A stretch of DNA of 64,000 bases from Negaprion brevirostris (Eukaryota): contig JARDVH010000097.1 of assembly GCA_030324005.1 (NCBI GenBank), positions 67,209,578 through 67,273,577 of the forward strand. The letters are read 5' to 3'. Under the pieces are notes generated by a model. The model was given only the letters and a program-made list of their open reading frames with translations. It did not search any database and had not been told where the DNA came from. Each line of letters opens with the position of its first letter. Positions within the stretch are counted from its first letter, which is position 1. Positions 25,001 through 37,200 of the stretch are shown piece by piece. Position numbers and translations under genes: made by a program.

Positions 25001-28000
25001 NNNNNNNNNNNNNNNNNNNNNNNNNNNNNNNNNNNNNNNNNNNNNNNNNNNNNNNNNNNNNNNNNNNNNNNNNNNNNNNNNNNNNNNNNNNNNNNNNNNN
25101 NNNNNNNNNNNNNNNNNNNNNNNNNNNNNNNNNNNNNNNNNNNNNNNNNNNNNNNNNNNNNNNNNNNNNNNNNNNNNNNNNNNNNNNNNNNNNNNNNNNN
25201 NNNNNNNNNNNNNNNNNNNNNNNNNNNNNNNNNNNNNNNNNNNNNNNNNNNNNNNNNNNNNNNNNNNNNNNNNNNNNNNNNNNNNNNNNNNNNNNNNNNN
25301 NNNNNNNNNNNNNNNNNNNNNNNNNNNNNNNNNNNNNNNNNNNNNNNNNNNNNNNNNNNNNNNNNNNNNNNNNNNNNNNNNNNNNNNNNNNNNNNNNNNN
25401 NNNNNNNNNNNNNNNNNNNNNNNNNNNNNNNNNNNNNNNNNNNNNNNNNNNNNNNNNNNNNNNNNNNNNNNNNNNNNNTGAATCCATTGCTGACGATACG
25501 TGGGCAATCTCCGATTTGTTTTGCTGTATATTATCTTTATTCAATCTTCTTTCCAATGTGATGTCACCAATATTCGGGGTCAAATTCTGTTGAATTTCTT
25601 TCCCTGTTGGTGTGACATTTGTTGGAGTTCGCTGGTCAGTCCCTCTGTCCTGTGAAATTGTACCACGGTTTCCCGATTGGTAATTTTGTAAATTAATGAC
25701 ACTTCCTGGACGCCTGAATGGAGAATGAGTGGCTGACTCGTTCACGCTGTTAGTTGTGCTAGTTGTAGGAAACTGTCGGTCGGTCGATGAACCTGGTGTT
25801 GTTGAAAGATCATGGATATCCTTTTGCAAATATTCATCACGTCCCCTGTCCATTGTGGCATTTCCACTAAGAGGGGAATGAGGCTGTGAATGGCTTTTGT
25901 TGTTATGAGAGAGAATTGAAGGAAACCACTCACTGGTGACTGGAGTTAGTGATAAGGATGTACTGTTTGCTTCGTCTGATATTTTAAACAGATCCAAAGA
26001 CTCCTTATCAGGAACAATTTCAGTTACCTCAGGTTCATTGCAGAATCGTTTATCATTCTTGATATCTGTGATAGTCAGAGTGGACTTTATATCATATAAT
26101 GAATCTATTGCTGGAATTGTGTTAGTTTCTTGTGAGTCCTTTTGTAAATGCTCATTGACTCCAATATCTGCAGTTACCGTGTCACAGTTTAGTGAACAAT
26201 TCAATGTTTTACATGTACTGCTTTCTGTGACATTACTAGAAGAATGGTAGCTGGACATTGGATCAAGTGTTGGAAGTATGTGACGTGAGTAAAATTCATC
26301 CTGATTAATCAAACTGACATCAGTCCTGGCTGATGAATAACTCAGTAGCTTGTCCTTACAGCTATGTATTGTACTTGTAAGAGATTTTTGATAAGTAACT
26401 TTATCTCCTGACAACAGTGCACTTTTAGTTTCATGTTTGCATTTTTCCAAATAATCAGGACTTTCTCGGTGTGCATCGACAGCAACAGTGTTTACCAAAT
26501 GACTTAGTGGCTTGTCTTCATTGCTATGCACAATGTTTGTAGGAGGCAACTGGCTGGATATCTGGTTCAGTGTTGAAAGCATAGACTTGGTCTCAAATGT
26601 GTCCACTGCATCACAAGTATCATTAGCTTCTCTGTCCACACTGATGCCACCAATATGTAGGAAACAATTCTGTAATACATTTCTCCTGTTTGGTGACATA
26701 TTTTTATGCCCATTCAGTTTATCTGTTGATGAAAGTGCACTGCTTTTGTCAGATTGGTATGTCTCTATAGTTTCATTACCTACTATCAAACTGATGTCAT
26801 CTCTGACCAGGGAAAGTGTCTTTGATTTGTCTTCATTGCTGCTTTGAAGAGTATTTTCAGGGAGCCACTGGCTGGTCACTGCAGTTGATGGTGAGGGCGC
26901 ACTCTTTGTTTTATGCAAAACATTTAATTTGAATTTGCCAGTTGGTCTCTTACGATGATAAATGTCAGTTACCTTTGTTACAGAATGCTGCAGTGTATTT
27001 TTCTTCACATTGGTAGCACCCACAGCAAAATGAGGAGGAGTGAAGGAATATACTGGTGAAGTGACAGGGCTGATTATAGATTTGTGCTGTTGTAAATTCT
27101 CATTTGTTTCTATGTCACCGCTCTCCAAGGAACGAGTCAGTGGTTTGTCAAAGTTACTTTGTGAATTAGGAGGAGGAGACTTTTGATCACTTAGTGCACC
27201 TGGTGATGGAATCGAACTGCTTTCCCCAGGCTGAGCATTTCCAGCATTCTTGGTAACTTCTGCACCCAGACTGTTGTCATCATTGAGTGGGAAGTGGGTC
27301 AATAGTTTGTGTGGATTTGTAGGAGTTGGTTGGTCAGACAGTGAATCAGACCGTGTAGGTCCAGTATCGTCCTTCTGGAAATGTTCATTGCTTCCTCTGT
27401 CCACGGTGACAGTTGGGCTGTTTGGTGAATAATTCAGTGACTGATATTTATTTCTGTGTGGAATAGTTGTTGAAAACTGTTGCCCAACCATTGAATCTGC
27501 CGCTGATGATAAGTGGGCAATCTCCGATTTGTTTTGCTGTATATTACCTTTATTCAATCTTCTTTCCAATGTGATGTCGCCATTATTTGGGGTCAAATGC
27601 TGTTGAGATTCTTCCCCTCCTGTTCTCTGGCCAGTCACTCTGCCATGGGAAATTGCACCATGATTTTCTGATTGGTAAGTTTCCACATTTTTGTCGGAAG
27701 ATTTCTCATCATGAGCAACTTCAGTTACCTTTGATGGATCAATGTGCATAGCACCTTTCTTGACATCAGTGACAGTGGACTGTAAAGCTGTTAATATTTC
27801 TGGTGATGGGTCTGTACCATGGTTTTCAGATTTGTTCTTTTGGAAAAAATGATTGCTTTCTCTCTCTGCATAGATATCATTGCTGTGTAAAGGATGAATC
27901 AATGATTTGTTCTGGTTGTTAGGTATGATATTTGAAGTCAGCCACAGCGCAGTCATCCCAGGTGGTGATGAAAGTGCTTGATCTGTTTTACCCAAATGCT

Positions 28001-31000
28001 TGGATTTGTATTGATCACAGGGCCCTTCATCACAACAGGTATCAGTTACATTTCTTGAATAATGCCCAAGTCCATTTTTCCTTATATTGGTGATTGCCGT
28101 AGGAGATTCTGGCAGATATTCCATAGCAGTACTTTGCAGTGGATCTGCTGAAAGATCCACACCACTGATTTCTGAGTTATCCTTCTGCAAATGCTTACTA
28201 AATTCAGTATCCACAGTGAAAGTAGAATTGTTAAATGAACAATTCAGTGACTTGCCTCCATATTTGGGTGTGATAATTGCAGTAGATGGATTGCTGATCG
28301 CTGGACCCAGGCATGAAGATGGNNNNNNNNNNNNNNNNNNNNNNNNNNNNNNNNNNNNNNNNNNNNNNNNNNNNNNNNNNNNNNNNNNNNNNNNNNNNNN
28401 NNNNNNNNNNNNNNNNNNNNNNGATGGATAAGTAGCTTTAGCTTTGTCCTGCTCTGTTTCTCTTGATATTTCAGCACTGTTTGGCAAATAATTCAGTTGA
28501 TCTCCGTTGGATGTGGTACTTTTAGGAGAAAATTGATGAGCCCCTTTATTTGACACAACTGCAGTGTTGCTTTCAGATTTGCTATTTTTCAAACAATCAC
28601 GACTATTCCTGTTCCTTGTGACATCAACACTGCTGAGAGAATGACAGAGTGGTTTGTGTTCATTGCAATGTTTGTCATCCATGAGAGACAACTGGTTAAA
28701 AACTGCATCCAGTGTAGAAAGAGCATTATCCATCTTAGATTTATCTGTTTTTTTGCCATCTTTAATAATTCCTCTCAGCATAATGATGTCAGCACCGTTC
28801 CGTTCCCAATTTTGAAGTGTACTTTTTGTACCATGTATAATACCTGAAGGTGTTTTCAAGTCAGTTGCTGTGTCTGATAACAAAATGACTTTGTAGTTTT
28901 CAGATTGGCCATTTTCTAAATTCTTCATAACATCTGATCTCACTGGGGAATTAATCAGTAATTTGTCTGTATTATCACGAGTATTTGTAGGGGACTGCTG
29001 GTCACTCATTATGTCTTCTGGTGAAATTGGAATATTTTTTTCAGATTGGTAATTTTCTGCATTCTTAATGGTTCCTGGGCTCATGTTGGTATTATCACTG
29101 AGTAGGAAATTAGTCAATGATTTACCTTGGCTGTCTATGAAATTTGTACGAGGCTCTTGGCCACTCAGTGAATCTTGTACTGACAGTTTATTGATGTTGT
29201 TAGATTTATCCTTTGGTAAGTATTCGTTGCTTCCATTAAGGGAGGAATATGTCAATAAAGTATTTTGCTTCAAATGGGATGTGACAGGTCCAGATGACAG
29301 TTCCTCATTTACTGTCTCAGATATGTTTTTCTGTGCATCGTTGCTGTTTTCATTGTTTGGGTAATACTTCAATGAGTTACCTTTGTTGGTGATTGTAAAT
29401 GAACATTGCATTACAACTGATGGTAATGTGGCCTTTTCACATTTATAATTTTGGACATCACGAACACTACATATTTCAGGCAAATTGCTATCGACAGTGT
29501 GAGATGGCCAATGCTGTGAAGTATTTTTCATACTGATATCTGAAGGCAATGTTTCATTTGTGTCTGATAACGATAGGACACAGTTTGAATCAGATTTATG
29601 CTCATTAACTGTTGCATCTGCAGTTATGTCAGTACTCTTGACTGAATCATCCAGTAAAAGGTACTCGTAGGTGGAACGTACAGGAAACGTATAGCTGAGC
29701 ACTTGATCTGTTGATAGTGTTATGCCAGCTGTTGATCTGTAGTTTTGTTTAGAATTTATATTCAAAAGGGTATTGTTGGTTGGTGACAGACTTTGGGAAC
29801 TAAATGCTTTGTGGTTTGGAGATTGTGTTATAGCCAGTTCTGTTGCATTACTCATTTCTGATTCATCATTTTGTGAAGCAGTACCTATACTGTCTAAGGC
29901 GACATCATCAGTTTTTGATTGATTGCTCAGTAATGCACTATGATGAAGAATTATATTTGTTACACATTTTGGATCTGCTGAAAGTTCATGAATGGTTTCA
30001 TGTTTAATTTTTTGTGAGCAACCATTACTAATTAGCTCAGTTGGTAATAAGGATGTGCTTCTTCCCTCATTTTCACAACTGTCTTTCCAACTGTTATTTT
30101 CGCTTTCTGGCATAGGGGCAGCTGCATCTCTTAATGTGACAGGTTCCACTCTGGTCTCACTTGCTATGAGATTATCTACTGAAGATTTTTCTTTCTCTGT
30201 GTATGTAAACAAAGGGATTCTTTCTCTACTGTCCATATTGCTTTGTAAATGATTACATGTACTTTGTACAGTAATATTAGTGTTATCTGACCCAGAATAT
30301 TGATGCCTAGTTTTGCTGCTGATCATGATAAATGAAGTAGCCATTGATTGGCACACTGGTTCTGATAGGGAAGGGGGACTAAGGGGTCTATTGTTACTGG
30401 TTTGCAAAGAATCATTGTTACTGTCTCTTTGGAAAGTGGCATCATCACAATTTTGCAAATCAGTATTCCACCTACTGTGAGTATATATGGAAAACAGAGG
30501 AGTGTGTGGAATATGTACTGAAACATGTGATGATTCTGATTTGTTATCATTTAAATAATCAGCCCCATCCTTTTTTTGTGAAGTACTGAGTGAACTATTT
30601 GACAAATTCTGTTGTTGCACATCTCTGTTGCCAAGGCTAAGACTACTTGGGCTTGTAATTGAGTTTAACGATGATGAAAATTCACTGTCTCTTTGTGAAT
30701 GGACATAAATATTGTTTGATAACTGGCTTTGCTGACTATTTCTGTTGCTATCAGCAACAACTGGAAGAGATTGCGATTTGGTTAGTAGGTCCAGTAATGA
30801 CGTTCTGATGATTTCATGCTTGCTGATTGACAAACAACTTCCAGTATCTGTTTTCAGAATGTCATTAGTATGGTTTATTGGCTGATTTTGAAACATATTT
30901 TGAGGCTCAGTAATAGAAGTCTGTGAGCCAGATGCTGAATTTGGTAACATTGCATTGTCAGTTTTGTATTGACCTATTTCAACAGAAGCATGAATGTTTC

Positions 31001-31228
31001 TTGACAGATGACTATGCTTCACATTTGCAATGTTGCATTGAACTGGCACTGACTGTAGTTCAGCATTTTCGCTTAACTCTGAAGAATTCAGCAAAATGTT
31101 GGTTTGATTGTCATTTCCATATTGTTTTGTGAGGTGGTCATAATTTTGAACACCTTCTTCTGTGGCAGTGTTTTTCAACTTGGAATTTCTTGAATCTTCA
31201 GTTCCCAAGATCTTTTCATGTTCATGCA
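22016..31228 (-). CDS. EXPH5: EXPH5 giant last coding exon (~9 kb, contains three N gaps)
   Basis: Acceptor TTTGCAG|TG at 31228. ORFs 23526..31262 and 22016..23503 join in frame if the 100-N gap at 23529-23628 is collapsed on its 3-nt overlap. Ends KESAL-TAA. Confidence 0.88.
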
Positions 31229-34200
31229 CTGCAAACACATAAATGATCAAGAAAATTAACAAATAATAATTTTCCCTCTGGCCTTACTGCACTACATTCT
31301 CTCAGGTCAAATCCTACAGTGATATTGTTGTTATCTGTCATACTGAACTCTGCCTCGCAACGGATGAGCGACATCTCTCAGATACTTCCTTCTACCTCAC
31401 CCTGGACCATGACCACACCACCAAACATCAAGCCATTGTTTCCAAGCTAGTTACTGACCCCACTGCTTCTGAAGACTTTCCCTCCACAGCCTCTGACCCT
31501 ATATAGCCCACTTCTACCTCCTTCCCAAAATCCACAAACAGGACTGCCCTGGTAGACCCATTGTATTGCCTGCCTCTGCCCCACAGAACTCAATTCTTCC
31601 TATCTTGATTCCATCCTCTTTTTCCCTTGTCCAGTCTCTTCCCACCTACACATGATTCCTCTGATGCCCTATGTCATAATCAACAATTTCCATTTCTCTA
31701 TTCCTAACTACCACCTCTTCACAATGGATGTCAGATCCTTCTACACCTCTAATGCTGCACTTTGAGACTCCATTGTTAAATCTTTTTTGTGTTTACTAAG
31801 AATTGTACAGCAGCTGCACCTAGCTCAAAGTGTCTCTATGCCCAAGAGGGCTTCAATCACTGGGGTAATTCCCCCTATGAGTCCCAGTAGATCCTCCATG
31901 TCAGGTGACCATTAATCTGCTGTCTTGCTCTTAAATGGACAAATCAACACAACTACCATCCCCAGTGAAGGGTTCTCGGTTTCTTCCTTTAGCAGAGGCC
32001 TGAACAATCCCAGTCCACCACCACTTTAGTGCCTTGCTGAACTTTGTGTCACTAAATAATTTCTCCTTTAACTTATCTTACTTCCTGCAAAGAAAAGGGT
32101 GGGGCTATGGGTACCTGCACGGCCCCAGTTTCTCAGTACCAACCACAATTCTTTCTCTGTTACATCGATAATTCTATCAGTGCCACTTCATGCTCTTGTC
32201 TGGATTTGGAAAAGTTTAATTGATTTTGCTCCCAATTTCCACCCCTCTCGCCTCCACATTGTTTGTCTCCAACACTGTCCATCTCCCTTGACCTGTGTGT
32301 TTTTGGTGATATACTGGCCACCAAAGTTCGTTGCAAACCCACCAACTCTCCAGCTTCTTTGACTATAGCTCCTCACAACCTGCTTCCTGCAAGGACTCCA
32401 TCCAATTGTACCACTTTTTTTGCCTGTTACATTTATTCTGATTATGCCACTTTCAAAAATGGCACTTCTGAAATGTCTGCCTTTTTCCCTTAACTGAGGT
32501 TCCCCCAGTTCATCTCCCCCTCCCAGAACCATGACAGGGTTCCCCTTGTCAACACACTTTCCACCCCAGCAGCCTCTGCATTTAAAANNNNNNNNNNNNN
32601 NNNNNNNNNNNNNNCATGTTGTTACCATGAAACACATTTCCCCCCACCCCCATCAGCATTCTGCAAGGACCACTCCCTACATAACACCCTAGATCACTCC
32701 TCCATCATACTCAATTCCCCATCCCCGTCCCATAGTACTTTCCCTTGCAATCACAGAAGGTGCGACATCTGCTCCTTTGCCTCCTCAGTATTCAAGGCCT
32801 CAAACACTCCTTTGGTTAAGCAGTGTTTCACTTGCACTTCTTTCAATTTGGTCTATTGCATTTGCTGCTCCCAATATGGTCTCCTCTACATTGGGAAGAC
32901 TAAATACAGACTGTATGACCGCTTTACTGACATNNNNNNNNNNNNNNNNNNNNNNNNNNNNACTACAAGCACTTCCTGACACTAGCCATTTCAGTTCAGC
33001 ACCTTGCTTTCATGCCCTCATGTCCATCCTTGGCTTGTTCCAATGAAGCCCAACACAAACAGGAAGAGCAGCATCTCATCTTTCAATTAGGCAAGTTACA
33101 ACCCCCAAGATACAAGATTGAGTTCAACAACTCAAAGCTGGTACTAACAAATGCCTCCTATAGATGTTTTGTTCATCTTCTTGGTTGTTCAAACCATTCA
33201 TAATTTTAAAAATATCATGACTGCTTTAACTTACCAATGATGGTCTTTGTTTCCAAGTCTTGGCAATGGATTTCAGAATGTGTCTGTCTACCAAAGTCAC
33301 AACACACATTTATTTTTCTTTCAGCATGGGGGGCTGTCACTGCCTTCAACCGTACCTAAGATAGATTGCATTCTCTTAATTAAATGATGTCTATTCATAA
33401 AATTTAATTCATTCGTGGGACATGGGCATCGCTGGCTAGTTAGCATTTATTGCCCATCCCTAGATACCCCAGGGCAGTTGAGAATCAACCACATTTCTGT
33501 GGCTCTGAAGTCACACGTAGGCCAGACCAGGTAAGGAGAGCAGATTTCCTTCCCTAAAATGGACATTAGTGAACCAGATGGGTTTTTTCTGACCAAAGGT
33601 TTCATGGTCATCAGTAAATTCTTAATTCCAGATTTTTTTTTATTGAATTCAAATTCTACCATCTACCATGGCAGGATTTGAACCCAGTTCCACAGAACGT
33701 TAACTGAGTTTGCAGATTAATAGTCCAGCAATAATACCACTAGGCCATTATGAATTATGAAGGGAGACTACACAGACTGTATAAAATACAGCACAGACAT
33801 TTTAAAATACAGAATATGTCCCTCAGTTTCTAAACTTTGTTCTTTCATTCTAAGTCACAGCTAAATCACTGAAAGTTTCCTCTTTAGTAAGAGATATGGG
33901 ATGGGAAATTGGATTACATTGTGCATTCATTTTTGAGTGCAAAGTGGATGCAACAAACCGCTATTTCAGGGTCCCTAGGAAAGCTGAAAAACATTCAACC
34001 CAAAATTGGGTAGGGTCATTTTCCAAGTGTCCCTGGTAGTTACCTAAACCTGTCATTTGGTCCCCTAAATATATGAATGACGTAACACCTGTTTAATCCC
34101 CTCAGAATTTTGATACTGATGAGTGTTGGAACTTGAGATAAACAAGTTAGCCTAAGTTATTTAGGTAGTATTAGATTGTTAGGTTGGAAAAGGGCCATTG

Positions 34201-37200
34201 AAACCCAGGTAACAAGCTAAGGATGCATACTAGACACAGGCAAAGACAGATGTACTGAATGTACTAGGTCCCTTTACTAGAATAAGATAGACACAAAGAA
34301 AACTTTTTGCAGGTAGGATTTTACATGGCTTCTAATGATTATCACCATCACCAGTGTACTACATACAAGATTCACCGCAGCAACTCAGTAAAGCTCTTCC
34401 AACAGCACCTACCAATCCACAACTTCTACCACCAGGAAGGACAAGGGCAGTAAACATGCGGAAACTCCACTGCCTTGGTGAGAATACATGTATTCTGAAT
34501 TAATCACAGCCAGTCAGAAAACAACTACTCATTAAATGTGATGATCTAAGAGGCTCATAGGATTCAAATCCAATCAATTTTAGACCATGCAAATGTGGAG
34601 TCTTTATAAATGGATCCACCCTGGTTCAATAAAAAGTGCAGGAGGGCATGTCAGGCATCTCTATGCAAACCAATGGTTGCAGGCTAGTGATTGGTTTAGT
34701 GAATTTTGATCCACAGTGACAGTATAAAGAAGGGGTTGTTGAGTGAACATGTGTGTGGTTTTGCAGTTGCTTAGTATGAATAGGCTTATGCAAAGGCTAT
34801 GTCAATTCTGAACCCTGAAGAAATAAAGAACTTTGCTTCATAAAATTGTTTACATCATTACTTCAACAGGCTTATCCCAGCTTTTGAAGGGGTTATCTAT
34901 AGACATTAAAGGAGCAGGACAGGTATTAGGCTAGTCCCATTCAAAGTTCTCAGCAGTCATTGTGACAAACAGCTAGCATTTAGTTTTTTTTGTGAGTACT
35001 TTTTAAATGGTAAAAATACTCCCATTTGGGGACTCAGTCCAATTTTGGCTCCATGCTGTTCCAAAAAACTTAATTTGTTAAGTTTTTGCAATTAAGTTTC
35101 AAGAATTCCCAAATGCTTTCTCTTTTAATGTGCTTGATGTCAAAAATGAGTATATTTCACCTAACTGAAAGGCTTATTTTATGTTCCCCTCCAAAAAAGT
35201 ATGCATGTGTTCCTTCAAAAACTCACAAATTGCATAGATCTCTTGCTGTGCCAACTTTTAAAGGTTCTAGTGATTGAATAAGCATAGAGAAGCAAATAAT
35301 TGATGGGATACAAGACTGCAGTCCCAATCTTGTCATATGAATGTTATTTGGGGAACCTTGAGCTGAATAATTTATACTGACTTCCTGGAACATTCTACTC
35401 AATTGGCTTTAGGGTTCACAACTGTTTTAAAAAATTCTTTCATGTGGGTATCACTGGCCAGACTAGCATTTTTTGCCCATGAGTAGGTTGTGGCGAGCCT
35501 TGTGCTTGATCCTTTGCAGTGTGCTTGATATAGATGCTGTTGGGAAGGGACATAGAATCCATACAGTGCAGGAGGCAGCCATTCGGCCCATCAAGTCTGC
35601 ACTGACTCTCTGAAAGAGCATCTTACCAAAGACCACCCCTCTCTCCCCGCCCCACCCCCCCNNNNNNNNNNTTAGCATGGCTAATCCACCTAACCTCTAC
35701 ATCTTTGGACATTGTGAAGCCTCCGCTGCTAGATGCTGGACAATAATTCATCTAGCCATGAATTATTGTCCACCATAATTCATGGCTAGATGTGACTGCA
35801 GAGCTTTGATCTGATCTGTTGATTGTGGGATCACTTAGCACTGTCTATCATACGTTGCTTCTGCTGTTGGCATGCAAGTGTTCCTATGTTGTAATTTTCC
35901 CACATTGACAAGTCACTTTAGGTATGCATGGAGATGCCTGACATGCCCTCCTGCACTTTTTATTGAACCAGGGTGGATTCTCTGCCTCAAATGGTAGAAG
36001 GGGATGGTTTACCAGAACATAGGTTAGAGATTGTGATTGAACATCATTCTGCTCTGCTGAAAGCTTACAGCCTTTCAAGGATGCCCAGTTTGGAGTTGTT
36101 CTGAACCTATTTAGCACAGTGGTTGGGCCACACCAAGCGATTGAAAGTATGCTCATTGTTAGGACAAGACTTCATTTTCACAAGGACTGTGCTGACCACT
36201 CAAAGTGAAACCTCATCAAAACTGAAATCATGCGTCTGAAATCAATGCCTAATGTTGTTCCGCATTCATATCCTCAGCTATCCGTTTACAAGTAGGAGAA
36301 TTTCTTTATCTTCAAAAGAAATCAAATTAGAATAAGGAAACAAATTTTCTTCCTTTCTTTTGGCTTAATTGGGTTTTATCTTTCTCCCTTACCCTTTAGG
36401 GATTAGAACTTTTATCGTGGGTGTAAGTGATCAGCATTAACATGTCAATAGTACTGAGTTGCAGACAACTTATAGACTTCAACTGGTGTGTTTTGAAAAT
36501 GAAAGCAATATTAAACAAAGATACTTTTTCACCATCTCTCCTTGCCCTTGTCAAACTGTAATGTTTATGGAACACAAAGAAAGTAAAGGAGAAAACTACA
36601 GGCCTGCAATTTGATTACAGACACTCAAAACTGAGAGCTATGAATTCAGGACTTAAATTGTTCAGTGTTTAGTAGAAGGCCAGTGGAAATGTTTAATTGT
36701 GTGTGTGGTGATTGTAAACAATGGGTTTTACCAAGATGAAATTTAAATAATGTTCCCTGTGCTCTGCAGTTTTTCCCACATATTTAAAATTAACAAAACT
36801 CTTACCCTTAGTTGCGAAAACATGTTTGTGGATTCCGGTTGCAATGAATTGTAGTTACTGCATCTACCAGAATAAATATTAAACATTAAGAACAAATTTA
36901 CATTAGAAATAGGAGCAGGAGTAGGCCATCTAGCCCTTCGAGCCTGCCCCGCCATTCAATAAGATCATGGCTGATCTGTCNNNNNNNNNNNNNNNNNNNN
37001 NNNNNNNNNNNNNNNNNNNNNNNNNNNNNNNNNNNNNNNNNNNNNNNNNNNNNNNNNNNNNNNNNNNNNNNNNNNNNNNNTCCGGTATCAGCCTAGTAAA
37101 CCTCCTCTGCACTCCCTCCAAGGTCAAAATATCCTTGCGTAAGTGCGGCGACCAAAAAACACAAAACTTGTGTTTACATAATATCTTTCATATCCTCAAG

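Noticed and set aside
24493-29364. Several + strand ORFs of ~100 aa antisense to EXPH5 exon 6
   Set aside because: Shadow ORFs of the long coding exon, duplicated along with the repeat; no independent evidence.
33660-33750. tRNA-like A/B boxes (also ~40600-40645, ~44320-44372, ~58190-58250)
   Set aside because: These are SINE heads fused to SINE bodies; no complete cloverleaf, so they are not tRNA genes.
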